Assembly: GCA_963717045.1 (NCBI GenBank)
Contig: CAVQVD010000010.1
Coordinates: forward strand, 166,125-230,124
Length of the DNA: 64,000 nucleotides
Source: an uncultured delta proteobacterium
GTDB taxonomy: Bacteria; Desulfobacterota; Binatia; Binatales; Binataceae
Reading direction: 5' to 3'
Shown: one piece after another, positions 1 through 9,359 of the stretch
Layout: every line of letters begins with the position of its first letter
How positions within the stretch are numbered: position 1 is the first letter of the stretch
The notes under the pieces: generated by a model
What the model was told of the DNA's origin: nothing
Databases searched by the model: none
What the model saw: the letters and a program-made list of their open reading frames with translations, nothing else
Made by a program: the position numbers and the translations under genes

Positions 1-60
1 GCGGAGATGGCGAAAAAGATGGCGCAGGCGGAGGCGGCGAGCAAAGGTACTGGCCAGTAA
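1..60 (+). CDS. 3' end of an unidentified CDS entering from upstream (...AEMAKKMAQAEAASKGTGQ*)
   Basis: Frame 1 is open from the window edge to TAA at 58-60. Too short to identify. Confidence 0.2.
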   Translation, partial: AEMAKKMAQAEAASKGTGQ

Positions 61-158
61 ATAGACCAGTAATAGAAATGACCTTAACGGCGAGCGTCCT
101 TCAGGGGCGTTCGCGGGTACCGAAACGGTAGCGGCAAGAGGAAGGGACCAGGGTTTCG

Positions 159-1022
159 ATGACGGTTCGAATGCTCTCGCCAATGGTTGTCGCGCTCTTT
201 ATTTTGGTGAGTAGTGCTCACGCTCAGAGCTTCGGAATCAATTCAGGGAATAGCGAATCCGAGGAAGATCTGCTGGCGCGCGAAGTCGACGACCCGACTG
301 CGATTCTCACTCAACTGAAACTGCAGGATCTGTATACTCCCAGGAATTTTCAGACGACCGCGCAGACCAACACGGTGCAACTGCGGCCGGTTATTCCGGT
401 AGAGTCGTTCTCGCTCTTTCCCTTCAAGCAAATCATCCGGCCGACTTTCGAAATCCAGACTCTGGCCACGTCGCGAGGAAGTTCAACCATAACTGAATAC
501 GCCGACATGCAGCTGCTCGATTTGTTCCTCTCCAACTGGCCCAACCCCAAAGAGACCGGATTCGGCTGGGGCATCGGGCCAACCTTCGTGTTTCCTACGG
601 GAAGAGTCTCCAAGGCGGGCAAGCATGCGTGGCAAGCCGGCCCCGCCTTCGGTGTTTCTTACCGCGGCGTCCCGCACTTGATGGTCGGCTTCCTGTTCCA
701 GAACCCCATCTCGTTCGCCTACACGAATTCCTCAGCGACGCCGCAGAGCCAGATGCAGTTTCAACCGCTGATCTCATATACGCTCGGTCGCGGCTGGTAC
801 GTGAAATCCGCGGACTCAACCTGGACCGTCAATTGGCGCCACGGCAGTTCGACCACCCTTCCCCTCAGCCTGGGCTGCGGTCGCGTGTGGAAGTTCGAGG
901 GCCCTGAGCTCAACACCTGGGTGTCCGGTGAATGGATGGCCTACAGGCAGTATACAAATATCACACCAATGTACACCGTACGGTTCGGCGCGACCCTCTT
1001 GTTCCCGCGCTTTCAGCTCTAA
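159..1022 (+). CDS. Putative outer-membrane beta-barrel protein (paralog of 5457..6311)
   Basis: N-terminal signal peptide (..LVSSAHA/QS), amphipathic strand pattern and aromatic C-terminus (..LLFPRFQL). Shares GxGPTF(V/I)F and WQAGPA motifs with the 5457..6311 product. Confidence 0.6.
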   Translation: MTVRMLSPMVVALFILVSSAHAQSFGINSGNSESEEDLLAREVDDPTAILTQLKLQDLYTPRNFQTTAQTNTVQLRPVIPVESFSLFPFKQIIRPTFEIQTLATSRGSSTITEYADMQLLDLFLSNWPNPKETGFGWGIGPTFVFPTGRVSKAGKHAWQAGPAFGVSYRGVPHLMVGFLFQNPISFAYTNSSATPQSQMQFQPLISYTLGRGWYVKSADSTWTVNWRHGSSTTLPLSLGCGRVWKFEGPELNTWVSGEWMAYRQYTNITPMYTVRFGATLLFPRFQL

Positions 1023-1038
1023 GGCGACGATAGCCCTC

Positions 1039-1713
1039 GTGTACAACGAACCGATCGCCGATTCCGCGCTCGTCGCTTGTCTGCATTGCGACCTGTTGCA
1101 GCGGATGCCGGATCTCCCGCCGGGGGCGTCGGCGCGCTGTCCGCGCTGCGACAAGGAGCTGTGGCGCCACCGCGAGGACTCGCTCAATCGGACGCTCGCG
1201 CTGACGCTGGGGGCCGCTCTGCTGTACGTGGTTGCAAACTCGGTTCCGATGCTCGGCCTGACGATCGTCGGGCGCGCGGCCTCCACTACCGTGATCGGAG
1301 GCGCCGAGCACTTGTGGAGCAATGGGCAGCAGATGGTCGCGGTGCTGGTGCTGTTGACCGCTGTGATCGCGCCGGCGCTGCAGATCGGTCTGATGTTGGC
1401 GATCGTGCTCGGCGCCCATCTCGAGCGCCCGCCGAGATGGGTGGGGACGCTGCTGCGCCATCATCCGACCACGCGAACCTGGAGCATGATCGAGGTCATG
1501 ATGCTGGGGGTGCTGGTCGCGCTGGTCAAGATTGCGGATTACGCAACGGTGATTCCGGGAATAGCGCTGTTCGTTTTGTGGGTGCTGGTTTTCATGCTGG
1601 CCGGGATGCAGGCGAGTTTCGACTCCCGCGAGGTGTGGGAAAGGATTCAGTGGGCGGAAGACGGGGCGCGGCGCCACCGCGCGAGCGAGCGAATGGCCGG
1701 GAGGACGTCATGA
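1039..1713 (+). CDS. pqiA: PqiA-domain inner-membrane protein, first half of a split PqiA
   Basis: Cys4 motif CLHCD..(17)..CPRCD followed by several TM helices, typical of a single PqiA repeat. The ORF track starts at 928 but that overlaps the upstream gene. An in-frame GTG at 1039 is the first start after the upstream stop, so the start is uncertain. Confidence 0.7.
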   Translation: MYNEPIADSALVACLHCDLLQRMPDLPPGASARCPRCDKELWRHREDSLNRTLALTLGAALLYVVANSVPMLGLTIVGRAASTTVIGGAEHLWSNGQQMVAVLVLLTAVIAPALQIGLMLAIVLGAHLERPPRWVGTLLRHHPTTRTWSMIEVMMLGVLVALVKIADYATVIPGIALFVLWVLVFMLAGMQASFDSREVWERIQWAEDGARRHRASERMAGRTS

Positions 1714-2354
1714 GTCCGACAGCCGCTCCGACCGCCATGCAACAAGGCCTGCAGAGCTGCGAGACTTGCGGCCTGCTGTCACGCCCCGCGCCTGGCGAGG
1801 AGGAGGGGCGCTGCCCGCGTTGCGACGAGGAACTCACTTTTCGCAAAACGGCTAGCTTTCAACGCACGTGGGCGTTCCTGATCGCCGCCGCGGTCTGTTA
1901 CATCCCGGCCAACGTCCTGCCGGTGTTGACCACGACGACGGCCGCCGGCGCCGAATCCGACACCATCATGCAGGGGGTGGTCTTACTGTGGTCGCCGACC
2001 GGATGGCCGCTGTCGCTGATCGTGCTCATCGCGAGCATCATGATCCCGAGCGCGAAGATTCTCGCGCTGGCATACCTGCTGATCACCTCACAGCGCGGGT
2101 CTATCAAGAACAACGAGCAGCGGGTTCGCCTCTACCGAATGGTCGAGTTCATCGGGCGCTGGTCGATGGTCGACGTGTTTGTCGACACCTTCACCGCAGC
2201 GCTGATCCAACTCCAGCCACTGATGTCGGTAGAGCCCGGACCCGGCCTTTTTTTCTTCGCGGCTGTGGTGGTGCTGACGATGCTCGCGGTCGAGTCCTTC
2301 GACCCGCGGCTGATCTGGGACGCAACGAGCTCCAAAGAGGTTCAATATGCCTGA
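1710..2354 (+). CDS. pqiA: PqiA-domain inner-membrane protein, second half of a split PqiA
   Basis: Begins at an internal ATG at 1710 of ORF 1077..2354, with an ATGA overlap on the upstream stop. Has the CETCG..(16)..CPRCD motif plus TM helices. The 1077-1709 part of the ORF overlaps the first pqiA in another frame. Confidence 0.75.
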   Translation: MSPTAAPTAMQQGLQSCETCGLLSRPAPGEEEGRCPRCDEELTFRKTASFQRTWAFLIAAAVCYIPANVLPVLTTTTAAGAESDTIMQGVVLLWSPTGWPLSLIVLIASIMIPSAKILALAYLLITSQRGSIKNNEQRVRLYRMVEFIGRWSMVDVFVDTFTAALIQLQPLMSVEPGPGLFFFAAVVVLTMLAVESFDPRLIWDATSSKEVQYA

Positions 2355-3936
2355 TCGCGACCCGCCGATCCCTTCGGTCCCCGAGGCAAGGGCGGTGCCC
2401 AAGAAGAAAACGCGGCTCTCCCTGGTCTGGGTCATCCCGATTCTGGCGGCGGCGCTCGGGGTCTGGGTGGCCGTCACCCGGATTCGCAGCGAAGGGCCGA
2501 AGATTACGATCGTGTTCCAGTCGGCCGAAGGGCTCGAGGCGGGCAAGACTAAGATCAACTACCGCGGCGTCGACATCGGTACGATCACGGCGATCCGGCT
2601 GACGGAAGATCACGAGCGCGTGATTGCCACGGCACAGATGACGCCCCGGACCGAGGACTTTCTGGTCGAAGACACGCGGCTGTGGGTGGTGCGGCCGCGC
2701 ATTTCAGGCGCCAACGTGACCGGGTTGGGAACTCTCATCTCCGGGGCCTATATCGGGATCGAAATCGGCTCTTCGAAGGAGCCCAAGCGCGAGTTCGTAG
2801 CGCTCGAGACGCCGCCGGTGATAACCGGCAATGCGCCGGGACGGTTCTTCGTGTTGAAGACCTCCGACCTCGGTTCGCTGGACACCGGCACGCCGCTGTT
2901 TTTCCGGCGGCTGCAGGTGGGTCAGGTCGCGTCATATGCCTTGGATAAAGATGGCAAGTTCTTCACTATCAAGGTCTTTGTGAGAGCACCCTATGATCAG
3001 TACGTCACCGCGAATACGCGTTTTTGGCAGGCGAGCGGGATCGACGTCTCGCTCTCGGCGAGCGGTCTCAGCGTGCAGACCCAGTCGCTGCTGTCGATCC
3101 TGATTGGCGGTATCGCGTTCGAAACGCCTCCAAGCAGTGCGGTCTTGCCTGTAGCCGACACGAACACCCTATTCCTTCTGTTCAGCGATCGGATGGAGGC
3201 TTTCAGGCCGGCTGCTCGTAGCCCGCAGACTTACAGGCTTATCTTCAAGGACTCGGTTCGGGGGCTCGCGCCCGGCGCGCCGGTGGAGTTCCGCGGCATC
3301 CCAATCGGCGAGGTCGCGGACATTCGCGCGCAAATCGATCTGAAGACCTTCCAGTTCTCGGTGCCGGTGACTATCCGCCTGGACCCGCAGAGACTCGGGG
3401 TCAGGGTCATCGAGGGAACGTCCGGTGCGGATCTCGAGCGGATGCGCAGGCGGCTTATCGACGCGCTGGTGGCCCACGGGGCCCGTGCGCAGTTACGGAC
3501 CGGGAACTTGCTGACCGGCGCTGTGTACGTAGCAATCGACTTTTTTCCGGGCGCGGCCCCAGCGACGGTGGACTGGTCGCAGACCCCGCCGGAGGTGCCG
3601 ACCATTCCGGGGCAGCTCCAGGTGATGGAGACCAAGGTCACGGATATCATCGACAAGCTCGATAAGATGCCGTTCCAGGAGATCGGCGACGACCTGCATA
3701 CGGTCTTAGCCAACCTGGATCTCACGCTCACCAGCGCGCGTGGCACATTGGTGAGCGCACGGGGCACGCTCACCAACGCGGGTAACCTCACCGAGTCGAA
3801 TTCCCCGCAGCTTCAGCAACTTGGCAGCACCCTGCAGGAGGTTAGCCGCGCGGCCCGCGCACTGCGCGTGCTCGCGGACTATCTTGAGCGCCATCCCGAG
3901 GCGCTCCTGCGCGGCAAGAAGGGGGAGGCGAAGTGA
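2347..3936 (+). CDS. pqiB: PqiB-like multi-MCE-domain protein
   Basis: 529 aa with an N-terminal TM anchor, repeated MlaD/MCE-like segments and a C-terminal helical region. Overlaps pqiA-2 by 8 nt and the pqiC start by 4 nt. Confidence 0.85.
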   Translation: MPDRDPPIPSVPEARAVPKKKTRLSLVWVIPILAAALGVWVAVTRIRSEGPKITIVFQSAEGLEAGKTKINYRGVDIGTITAIRLTEDHERVIATAQMTPRTEDFLVEDTRLWVVRPRISGANVTGLGTLISGAYIGIEIGSSKEPKREFVALETPPVITGNAPGRFFVLKTSDLGSLDTGTPLFFRRLQVGQVASYALDKDGKFFTIKVFVRAPYDQYVTANTRFWQASGIDVSLSASGLSVQTQSLLSILIGGIAFETPPSSAVLPVADTNTLFLLFSDRMEAFRPAARSPQTYRLIFKDSVRGLAPGAPVEFRGIPIGEVADIRAQIDLKTFQFSVPVTIRLDPQRLGVRVIEGTSGADLERMRRRLIDALVAHGARAQLRTGNLLTGAVYVAIDFFPGAAPATVDWSQTPPEVPTIPGQLQVMETKVTDIIDKLDKMPFQEIGDDLHTVLANLDLTLTSARGTLVSARGTLTNAGNLTESNSPQLQQLGSTLQEVSRAARALRVLADYLERHPEALLRGKKGEAK

Positions 3937-4532
3937 TGACACCGCGCATCGGACATCTGATGGTCTCGCTCGCGTTGGTGGTGGCCGCCGCAGCCGGCTG
4001 CAGCACAACGGCGCCAGCCCGATTCTACACGCTTGACGTTACGGCGGCCGCCGATGGTGCGGCGCCCGTCCACAACTCGATCATGGTCGGTCCGGTTTCG
4101 GTTCCAGCGGCGGTCGATCGATCGGAATTCGTGGTCCAAACCGCGCCCAACCGCGTCGATGTCGACGAGTTCAATCGCTGGGCCGCGCCGCTCAGCGACT
4201 CTATCGCGCAGGTCGTCGCCGGCGATCTGGTCAAGCTCCTGGGTACGCCAAACGTGGCCGCGGCGCCGCTGGCGAACTTCGATGCGGACTATCGCGTCAC
4301 TATCGACGTGCAGCGCTTCGAATCGGTTCCAGGCCAGACGGCGCTACTCGACGCGTTGTGGACCGTACGCAGAACCACAGGCGGAGAGACGCACTCGGGT
4401 CGTACCACTGCTCCTGAAACCGTACAGGGGGACAGCTTCGACGCGCTCGCCGCCGCCCACAGCCGCGCGCTGGCGAGATTGAGTGGCGATATCGCCGTGG
4501 CGATCCGGGCAGAGGCCGAGGATAAGCCGTAG
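3933..4532 (+). CDS. pqiC: PqiC/YmbA-like ABC-transport auxiliary lipoprotein (DUF330-like)
   Basis: Lipobox LVVAAAAG/C. Has the pattern YTL..VGPVSVPAAVDRSEFVV....VDEFNRWAAPL typical of this family. Translationally coupled to pqiB. Confidence 0.7.
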   Translation: MMTPRIGHLMVSLALVVAAAAGCSTTAPARFYTLDVTAAADGAAPVHNSIMVGPVSVPAAVDRSEFVVQTAPNRVDVDEFNRWAAPLSDSIAQVVAGDLVKLLGTPNVAAAPLANFDADYRVTIDVQRFESVPGQTALLDALWTVRRTTGGETHSGRTTAPETVQGDSFDALAAAHSRALARLSGDIAVAIRAEAEDKP

Positions 4533-4570
4533 CCAACGGACTGCTCGGCTATTGGCTAGAGGACAGCATC

Positions 4571-5353
4571 TTGGAACAATTGCGGGAAGCCCTTCGCCGT
4601 CACCTCGCACCGCGCAGACACACCGCGCTGTTAGCCGCGATCGTAGCTCTGTTCATGGTGCGGCCATTGATCGGCGACGGCGGACTCGCCACTGCCATCT
4701 TCAGTACGGCGCTTTTAATGCTGCTTCTTTTTGCGCTCTATGCCATCCAGGTCGACGAACTGGTAGGCGAGCGAGAAACTCTTCTGGCGCAGCGAAGAAG
4801 ACGCGATCTCATCGGCTGGGCGCTCGCAGTGCCCGCGATCGTGGCACGCCTGGCGGTCATTCTCGTACCCAACCCTACACTCTACCTGAGCGAGGCAATC
4901 TTGTGGCTGCTGCTCTTTAGCTTCATAACCTGGCATCTATTGCGCGGCGTGCTGAGACAGAGGGAGATCACCAGCGAAACCATCAGCATGTCGATTTCGG
5001 TTTATCTCCTGCTCGGATTCACCTTCGGGCTTTTCTATATCCTGCTGTATCACCTGCAGCCGCTCGCCTTCAGCCTCGGAACCACTCCCACCCCGATTTC
5101 GAGTGAACAGCGGGCCTTCCCGATTCTTGTCTACTTCAGCCTGACTACGCTCTCGACCATCGGGTTCGGCGACATCACTCCGGTAACTTTGCAGGCCCGT
5201 TACGCGGCGGTGGCCGAAGGAATCACCGGCCAGTTTTATCTGGCGATCCTGGTCGCGCGGTTGGTGGGAATGCAGATGAGCCAGACTGCGAGTCAACAAG
5301 CAAGCCCTCAAACCGCCGACCTTAGCACCAAGCACTCCACCGGCGAAAACTGA
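4571..5353 (+). CDS. K+-channel-like ion transport protein (pore-loop TIGFGD)
   Basis: Multiple TM helices and a selectivity-filter-like TLSTIGFGDITP between the last two helices. TTG start. Confidence 0.7.
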   Translation: MEQLREALRRHLAPRRHTALLAAIVALFMVRPLIGDGGLATAIFSTALLMLLLFALYAIQVDELVGERETLLAQRRRRDLIGWALAVPAIVARLAVILVPNPTLYLSEAILWLLLFSFITWHLLRGVLRQREITSETISMSISVYLLLGFTFGLFYILLYHLQPLAFSLGTTPTPISSEQRAFPILVYFSLTTLSTIGFGDITPVTLQARYAAVAEGITGQFYLAILVARLVGMQMSQTASQQASPQTADLSTKHSTGEN

Positions 5354-5456
5354 TGAGTTTCGACTGCCGGCGCTGATCGTTATCCATGACCGCAAGGGCT
5401 GTATTGGCGATGAGTTGCGAGCATTACCGAAACGGCGCGATATTGCTTTCGAAATC

Positions 5457-6311
5457 ATGGCTGCATTGAGTAATCGTGGGATCGCACTGATACTGGCTTT
5501 GTGGCTTGGGGCAGCGATTGGGCCCTCCGCCGCGCGGGCCGCCGGTGGCAATTCAACAAATCAAGCACAGTCAGATCTGGTCAATCAGGCTAACGCGCCA
5601 ATTTCGAGTGTCTTTCAGATAAGAACGCAGGATTCATACGCGCCGGCATTCCAAGGCCGGTTGCACGGGCAGGGCAACTCTTTTTTGGTCTCCCTGACGA
5701 TGCCTTTGCCGGAGTATCGATTGCTGCCGCTGCCCCAGTTATCGCTATTGACTATTCCTATAGCGATCACACTGCCTCTCCGCAATGACTATTTGACTGC
5801 ATTCGGCGACGTTCGCTTTCTCGATTTAGCAGTCCTTGATGCGGGCCATCACCTGCTTGTCGGAGTCGGGCCAACTTTTATTTTCTCCAGTGCGAACACG
5901 AAAAAGACCGGTCAAGGCAAATGGCAGGCCGGACCCGCAGCGGCCATGGGTTTCGCATCGGGGAAGTGGCTGCTGGGGGTACTAGCCCAAAATCCCACAT
6001 CATTCGCGGGAGATGCCACTCGGCCTGCGGCGAATGCATTGTATCTTCAGCCGTTCGTTTCCTATCAACTGGGTCACGGCTGGTTCGTGAGATCCGAACC
6101 GCAGTTTATTTTCGACTGGGAGACGGGCCAGCAACTCCTGCCGCTCGATGTTGGGATTGGCCGCGTCTTTACAATCGGCCACCAGATCGTCAACTGTTTC
6201 GTGGAACCGGCTTGGAACATGTCGCACGATGGCCCGGCTCCAAGATACGCAATCACATTCGGATTTTCACTGCTATATCCTGATTTCTGGCGCTCGAAAG
6301 TTGCCCCATAA
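5457..6311 (+). CDS. Putative outer-membrane beta-barrel protein (paralog of 159..1022)
   Basis: Signal peptide MAALSNRGIALILALWLGAAIGPSAARA, shared motifs VGPTFIF and KWQAGPA, and aromatic C-terminal region (..LLYPDFW). The ORF track start at TTG 5415 is also possible. Confidence 0.6.
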   Translation: MAALSNRGIALILALWLGAAIGPSAARAAGGNSTNQAQSDLVNQANAPISSVFQIRTQDSYAPAFQGRLHGQGNSFLVSLTMPLPEYRLLPLPQLSLLTIPIAITLPLRNDYLTAFGDVRFLDLAVLDAGHHLLVGVGPTFIFSSANTKKTGQGKWQAGPAAAMGFASGKWLLGVLAQNPTSFAGDATRPAANALYLQPFVSYQLGHGWFVRSEPQFIFDWETGQQLLPLDVGIGRVFTIGHQIVNCFVEPAWNMSHDGPAPRYAITFGFSLLYPDFWRSKVAP

Positions 6312-6435
6312 CGTGAGAATCTGTGAGGTTTCGCAATGCTAGCCATTAAGCCATGAACCTGAACAAGTATTGCCAAGGCCGAGAAAAGCGGCTCCATTCA
6401 GGAATAGCAGCTAAAAAGTAGGAGGAAACTATTTC

Positions 6436-7194
6436 GTGAGCCCGATGGCAATTAGCTGGACCGTTTTCGCCTGCGTTTTTGGAGGAGCGCTGTTCGGCAT
6501 GCTTCTTCGCAAGGTTTTGCCTGCGCATCACCTGGATACGGATTCCAAAGATGTGGTGAAACTCGGGATGGCTCTAATTGCGACGATGACCGCACTGGTC
6601 CTTGGCCTGTTGATCGCGTCGGCGAAAAGTTCCTTCGACGTTCAGAGGGGCGAATTCACCCAATTGTCCGCTAATATCATCGAACTCGATCGCCTACTCG
6701 CCCGCTATGGTCCCGAGACCAAAGAAGCCCGTGACGTGCTTCGCCGTACCGCCCTCTCACTGGATCGAAATTGGTCGGCGGGGACGACCCGATCGGAGAA
6801 ACTGGACTCTCAACAGATGAGAGCGGGGGGCGCAAGTTTCTACGAAAAGATTCAGGGACTCGCACCGCGCAGCGACTTCCAGCGCGCAATGCAGGGGCAG
6901 GCGCTACAGATGGCCCTCGATCTGGGACGGATGCGTTCGCTGCTGCTGGAGCAGGCTGGCAGCTCCGTCCCGACGCCGTTTTTGGTGGTGATGGTTTTCT
7001 GGCTCGCCATCATCTTCACGAGTTTCGGCCTGTTCGCGCCTCTCAACGCAACTGTGATTGCTACTCTTTTGCTCTGTGCGCTTTCCGTTTCGGGCGCGAT
7101 CTTCCTGATCCTGGAACTGGACAGTCCTTTCGCTGGGCTGATGCAGATCTCGGACGCTCCGCTGCGCAACGCCCTCGCAATTCTCGGCCATTAA
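6436..7194 (+). CDS. DUF4239-like membrane protein
   Basis: Strong RBS (AGGAGGA) before GTG 6436. N-terminal TM, central soluble region, two C-terminal TM helices and an ..ELDSPFAGLMQIS motif that I recall for DUF4239. Confidence 0.5.
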   Translation: MSPMAISWTVFACVFGGALFGMLLRKVLPAHHLDTDSKDVVKLGMALIATMTALVLGLLIASAKSSFDVQRGEFTQLSANIIELDRLLARYGPETKEARDVLRRTALSLDRNWSAGTTRSEKLDSQQMRAGGASFYEKIQGLAPRSDFQRAMQGQALQMALDLGRMRSLLLEQAGSSVPTPFLVVMVFWLAIIFTSFGLFAPLNATVIATLLLCALSVSGAIFLILELDSPFAGLMQISDAPLRNALAILGH

Positions 7195-7351
7195 TCCGGG
7201 AAGACGCCGGCCTTCGGTGAATGCTCGAATATTGATCCAAAGTACAATATCAACTCCCACTCCGTTTGTTAGACAATCGAGCTCAGACGCGAATTCCGTA
7301 GGATCGCGGGCGGTTTAAAGATATCTCCGAAAGCAAACCAACACGGAGCAA

Positions 7352-8173
7352 GTGGAGATGAGCAGTAAATTGTTCGTGACACGTTGCCTGATGGCACTGG
7401 CGACAGTGTTCGTGGTCGCTAGCCTGGCGGTCGCGGCCGAGCCGACCGCTCCTGGCAAACAGCCGCAAGCCGCGGCCATGCGGCAAGAATCCGGTGGCGA
7501 AGTGGATCCGCACGCCAGCCAAATCCTGCGTCGCGCCTGTACCGTGTTGGCCCAATCGGACGCCTTCACTTTCCATGCGGAAATAAACTTCGATCAGGTG
7601 ATGCCGTCCGATGTGAAGCTTCAATTCGCGGGCGCCTCGGATTTTGCGGTTCGCAGACCCAACGAACTGGCGGTCGACTACGAGAGCGATCTCGGAGCCA
7701 AGCGTCTCTGGTACAACGGCAAGACCCTCACGATCTTCGACGCTCCCACTATGACGTACGCGAGCACACCCGTGCCGCCTTCGATTGACGGGATGCTGGA
7801 TAGCGTTGCCGAGATGCACAATCTTACGATTCCACTTGCCGATCTGGCGCTGAGCAATCCGTGTGAACATCTGAACAAACAGATTCTCTTCGGTAGTTAT
7901 GTCGGGATAGGCGACGTAGCAGGCGTTGCCTGCGATCACCTGGCTTTCGCGCAAACCAACGTCGATTGGCAGATTTGGATCCAGCGTTCGGGAAAACCAC
8001 TGCCGCGCAAAATCGTGATCAACTACCGTACGACGCCCGGTCTGCCGCAGTACGTCGCAGTGATTTCGGACTGGAAGTTCCCCGCAACGATTGCCGATGC
8101 TCGCTTCGCTATTCAAATTCCGAAGAAAGCGGTCCGGATAAAAATCGTCGACGTGAAGGAGCCGCATCCATGA
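7352..8173 (+). CDS. DUF2092-like periplasmic protein (LolA-like fold family)
   Basis: Signal peptide (..VVASLAVAAEP), about 270 aa, with the pattern ..WQIWIQRSGKPLPRKIVINY.. resembling DUF2092 proteins. ATG 7358 is an alternative start. Confidence 0.55.
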   Translation: MEMSSKLFVTRCLMALATVFVVASLAVAAEPTAPGKQPQAAAMRQESGGEVDPHASQILRRACTVLAQSDAFTFHAEINFDQVMPSDVKLQFAGASDFAVRRPNELAVDYESDLGAKRLWYNGKTLTIFDAPTMTYASTPVPPSIDGMLDSVAEMHNLTIPLADLALSNPCEHLNKQILFGSYVGIGDVAGVACDHLAFAQTNVDWQIWIQRSGKPLPRKIVINYRTTPGLPQYVAVISDWKFPATIADARFAIQIPKKAVRIKIVDVKEPHP

Positions 8174-9249
8174 ACAACGCACTGGTTCAATTGACCCGGG
8201 GACGATCGGTCGCCCGTATGGCTATTGTGATTCTCGGAATCGCGCTCGCCACTGCTCCCGCAGCGCTCGGCTTCGGCGGCGGGAGGTTCGCAGGGGGCGG
8301 TGGCGGAGGCGGCGGCGGGAGATTCGGCGGCGGCGGAGGGGGATATCACCCAAGTGGCGGCGGGGGATCGCATAACTTCGGCAGTGACGGGTTTGGCGGC
8401 GGAAATGTAAGCCACGCCAACAGCTACTCTCAGTCCAGCTCTCACTCATACGGAAGTTCTCAATCACAGTCCAGTTCCCACTCTTACGGGAGTTCCCAAT
8501 CGGCGTCTGCCTACCATCCATCGGGTAGTTCGCAGTCAGAGTCCCAGTATCATCGATCTAGCGGTTCGCAGTCAGCTTCCCAATATCATCCCTCCAGCTC
8601 CTCCAGCAGTTCGCAATCTGCGAGTAGCTCTTCGTACAACCCCGCGCAGCAGCAGAGTCAACGGCAACAGGCCGCGCTTCAAGGTCAGCAACAGAAGGAT
8701 GCCACGCAGAACTACCAGCAGACCAATAGGCTGAACACCACGACCCAGGTGAACACCAACAGGATGAACACTGCCACGCAAGTGAACACTAACCGGATGA
8801 ATACCGCCACTTACACGCAGAGTCAGAATCAGCAGTTTCAAAAGAACAATGGGTACAGCAGCAATCCCTATGGGAGTTGCTGCAATAGCAGTTACAACAA
8901 CGGCTACAATAACGGCTATAACAACAACAGTGGCGGCGGAAGCAACGTCGGCGCAGCCTTGGGTGGTATGGCGGTCGGAGCGATGGTGGCGTCGATACCC
9001 AGGGAGGCCGCCCCAGTTTATGCTCCTGGTCCGACGCCGTACTACTATTCCAACGGCGGTTTCGTAGCGCCTGCTCAAGCGGGAGGTTACCAGGTAGTGG
9101 CCCCGCCTGCTGGAGCGATGGTGCCTTCACCGCCGTCGGGTGCGCATCAGGCCACGGTAAACGGCGTCACATACTACGTGTCAGGATCGACCTATTACGA
9201 GCCTGTCTTCAGCAATGGCGAAGTCGTGTACAGAGTGGCACAACCCTGA
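8170..9249 (+). CDS. Secreted/membrane-anchored low-complexity protein (Gly run, S-Q-S repeats, N/T repeats, N/Y-rich, C-terminal YY-motif domain)
   Basis: Internal ATG 8170 of ORF 7966..9249 overlaps the upstream stop (ATGA). Has an N-terminal hydrophobic segment (MAIVILGIALATAPAALG). Composition is extremely biased, and the C-terminus carries repeated YY..G motifs. Confidence 0.6.
   Translation: MNNALVQLTRGRSVARMAIVILGIALATAPAALGFGGGRFAGGGGGGGGGRFGGGGGGYHPSGGGGSHNFGSDGFGGGNVSHANSYSQSSSHSYGSSQSQSSSHSYGSSQSASAYHPSGSSQSESQYHRSSGSQSASQYHPSSSSSSSQSASSSSYNPAQQQSQRQQAALQGQQQKDATQNYQQTNRLNTTTQVNTNRMNTATQVNTNRMNTATYTQSQNQQFQKNNGYSSNPYGSCCNSSYNNGYNNGYNNNSGGGSNVGAALGGMAVGAMVASIPREAAPVYAPGPTPYYYSNGGFVAPAQAGGYQVVAPPAGAMVPSPPSGAHQATVNGVTYYVSGSTYYEPVFSNGEVVYRVAQP
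8722..8820 (+). repeat. In-frame 33-nt (11-aa) tandem repeat x3 (TNR[L/M]NT[T/A]TQVN)
   Basis: Direct reading gives TNRLNTTTQVN / TNRMNTATQVN / TNRMNTATYTQ. It lies inside CDS 8170..9249. Confidence 0.8.
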
Positions 9250-9359
9250 CAATTGATTCCGCGTCGACAGTCACAAAATAGATTGGACTAAGGTCGGATA
9301 GACGCCTTTCCGGCGCTTCGCCAAGCTGGCATCGCCGAGTTTGAGGACGGGGGTAAGGG

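Noticed and set aside
1077-1709. N-terminal 211 codons of ORF 1077..2354
   Set aside because: This part overlaps the first PqiA gene in another frame and is Arg/Ala/Gly-rich. The PqiA-like sequence only begins at ATG 1710.
7283-8182. 299-aa minus-strand ORF
   Set aside because: It is antisense to the signal-peptide DUF2092-like gene, with no motifs and biased R/H/G composition.
8270-8620. Tandem-looking GGC/GGN runs and S-Q-S repeats as a possible CRISPR array or non-coding satellite
   Set aside because: The repeats are in frame within a long ORF, are imperfect, and lack the repeat-spacer periodicity of CRISPR. No CRISPR array is present anywhere in the window.
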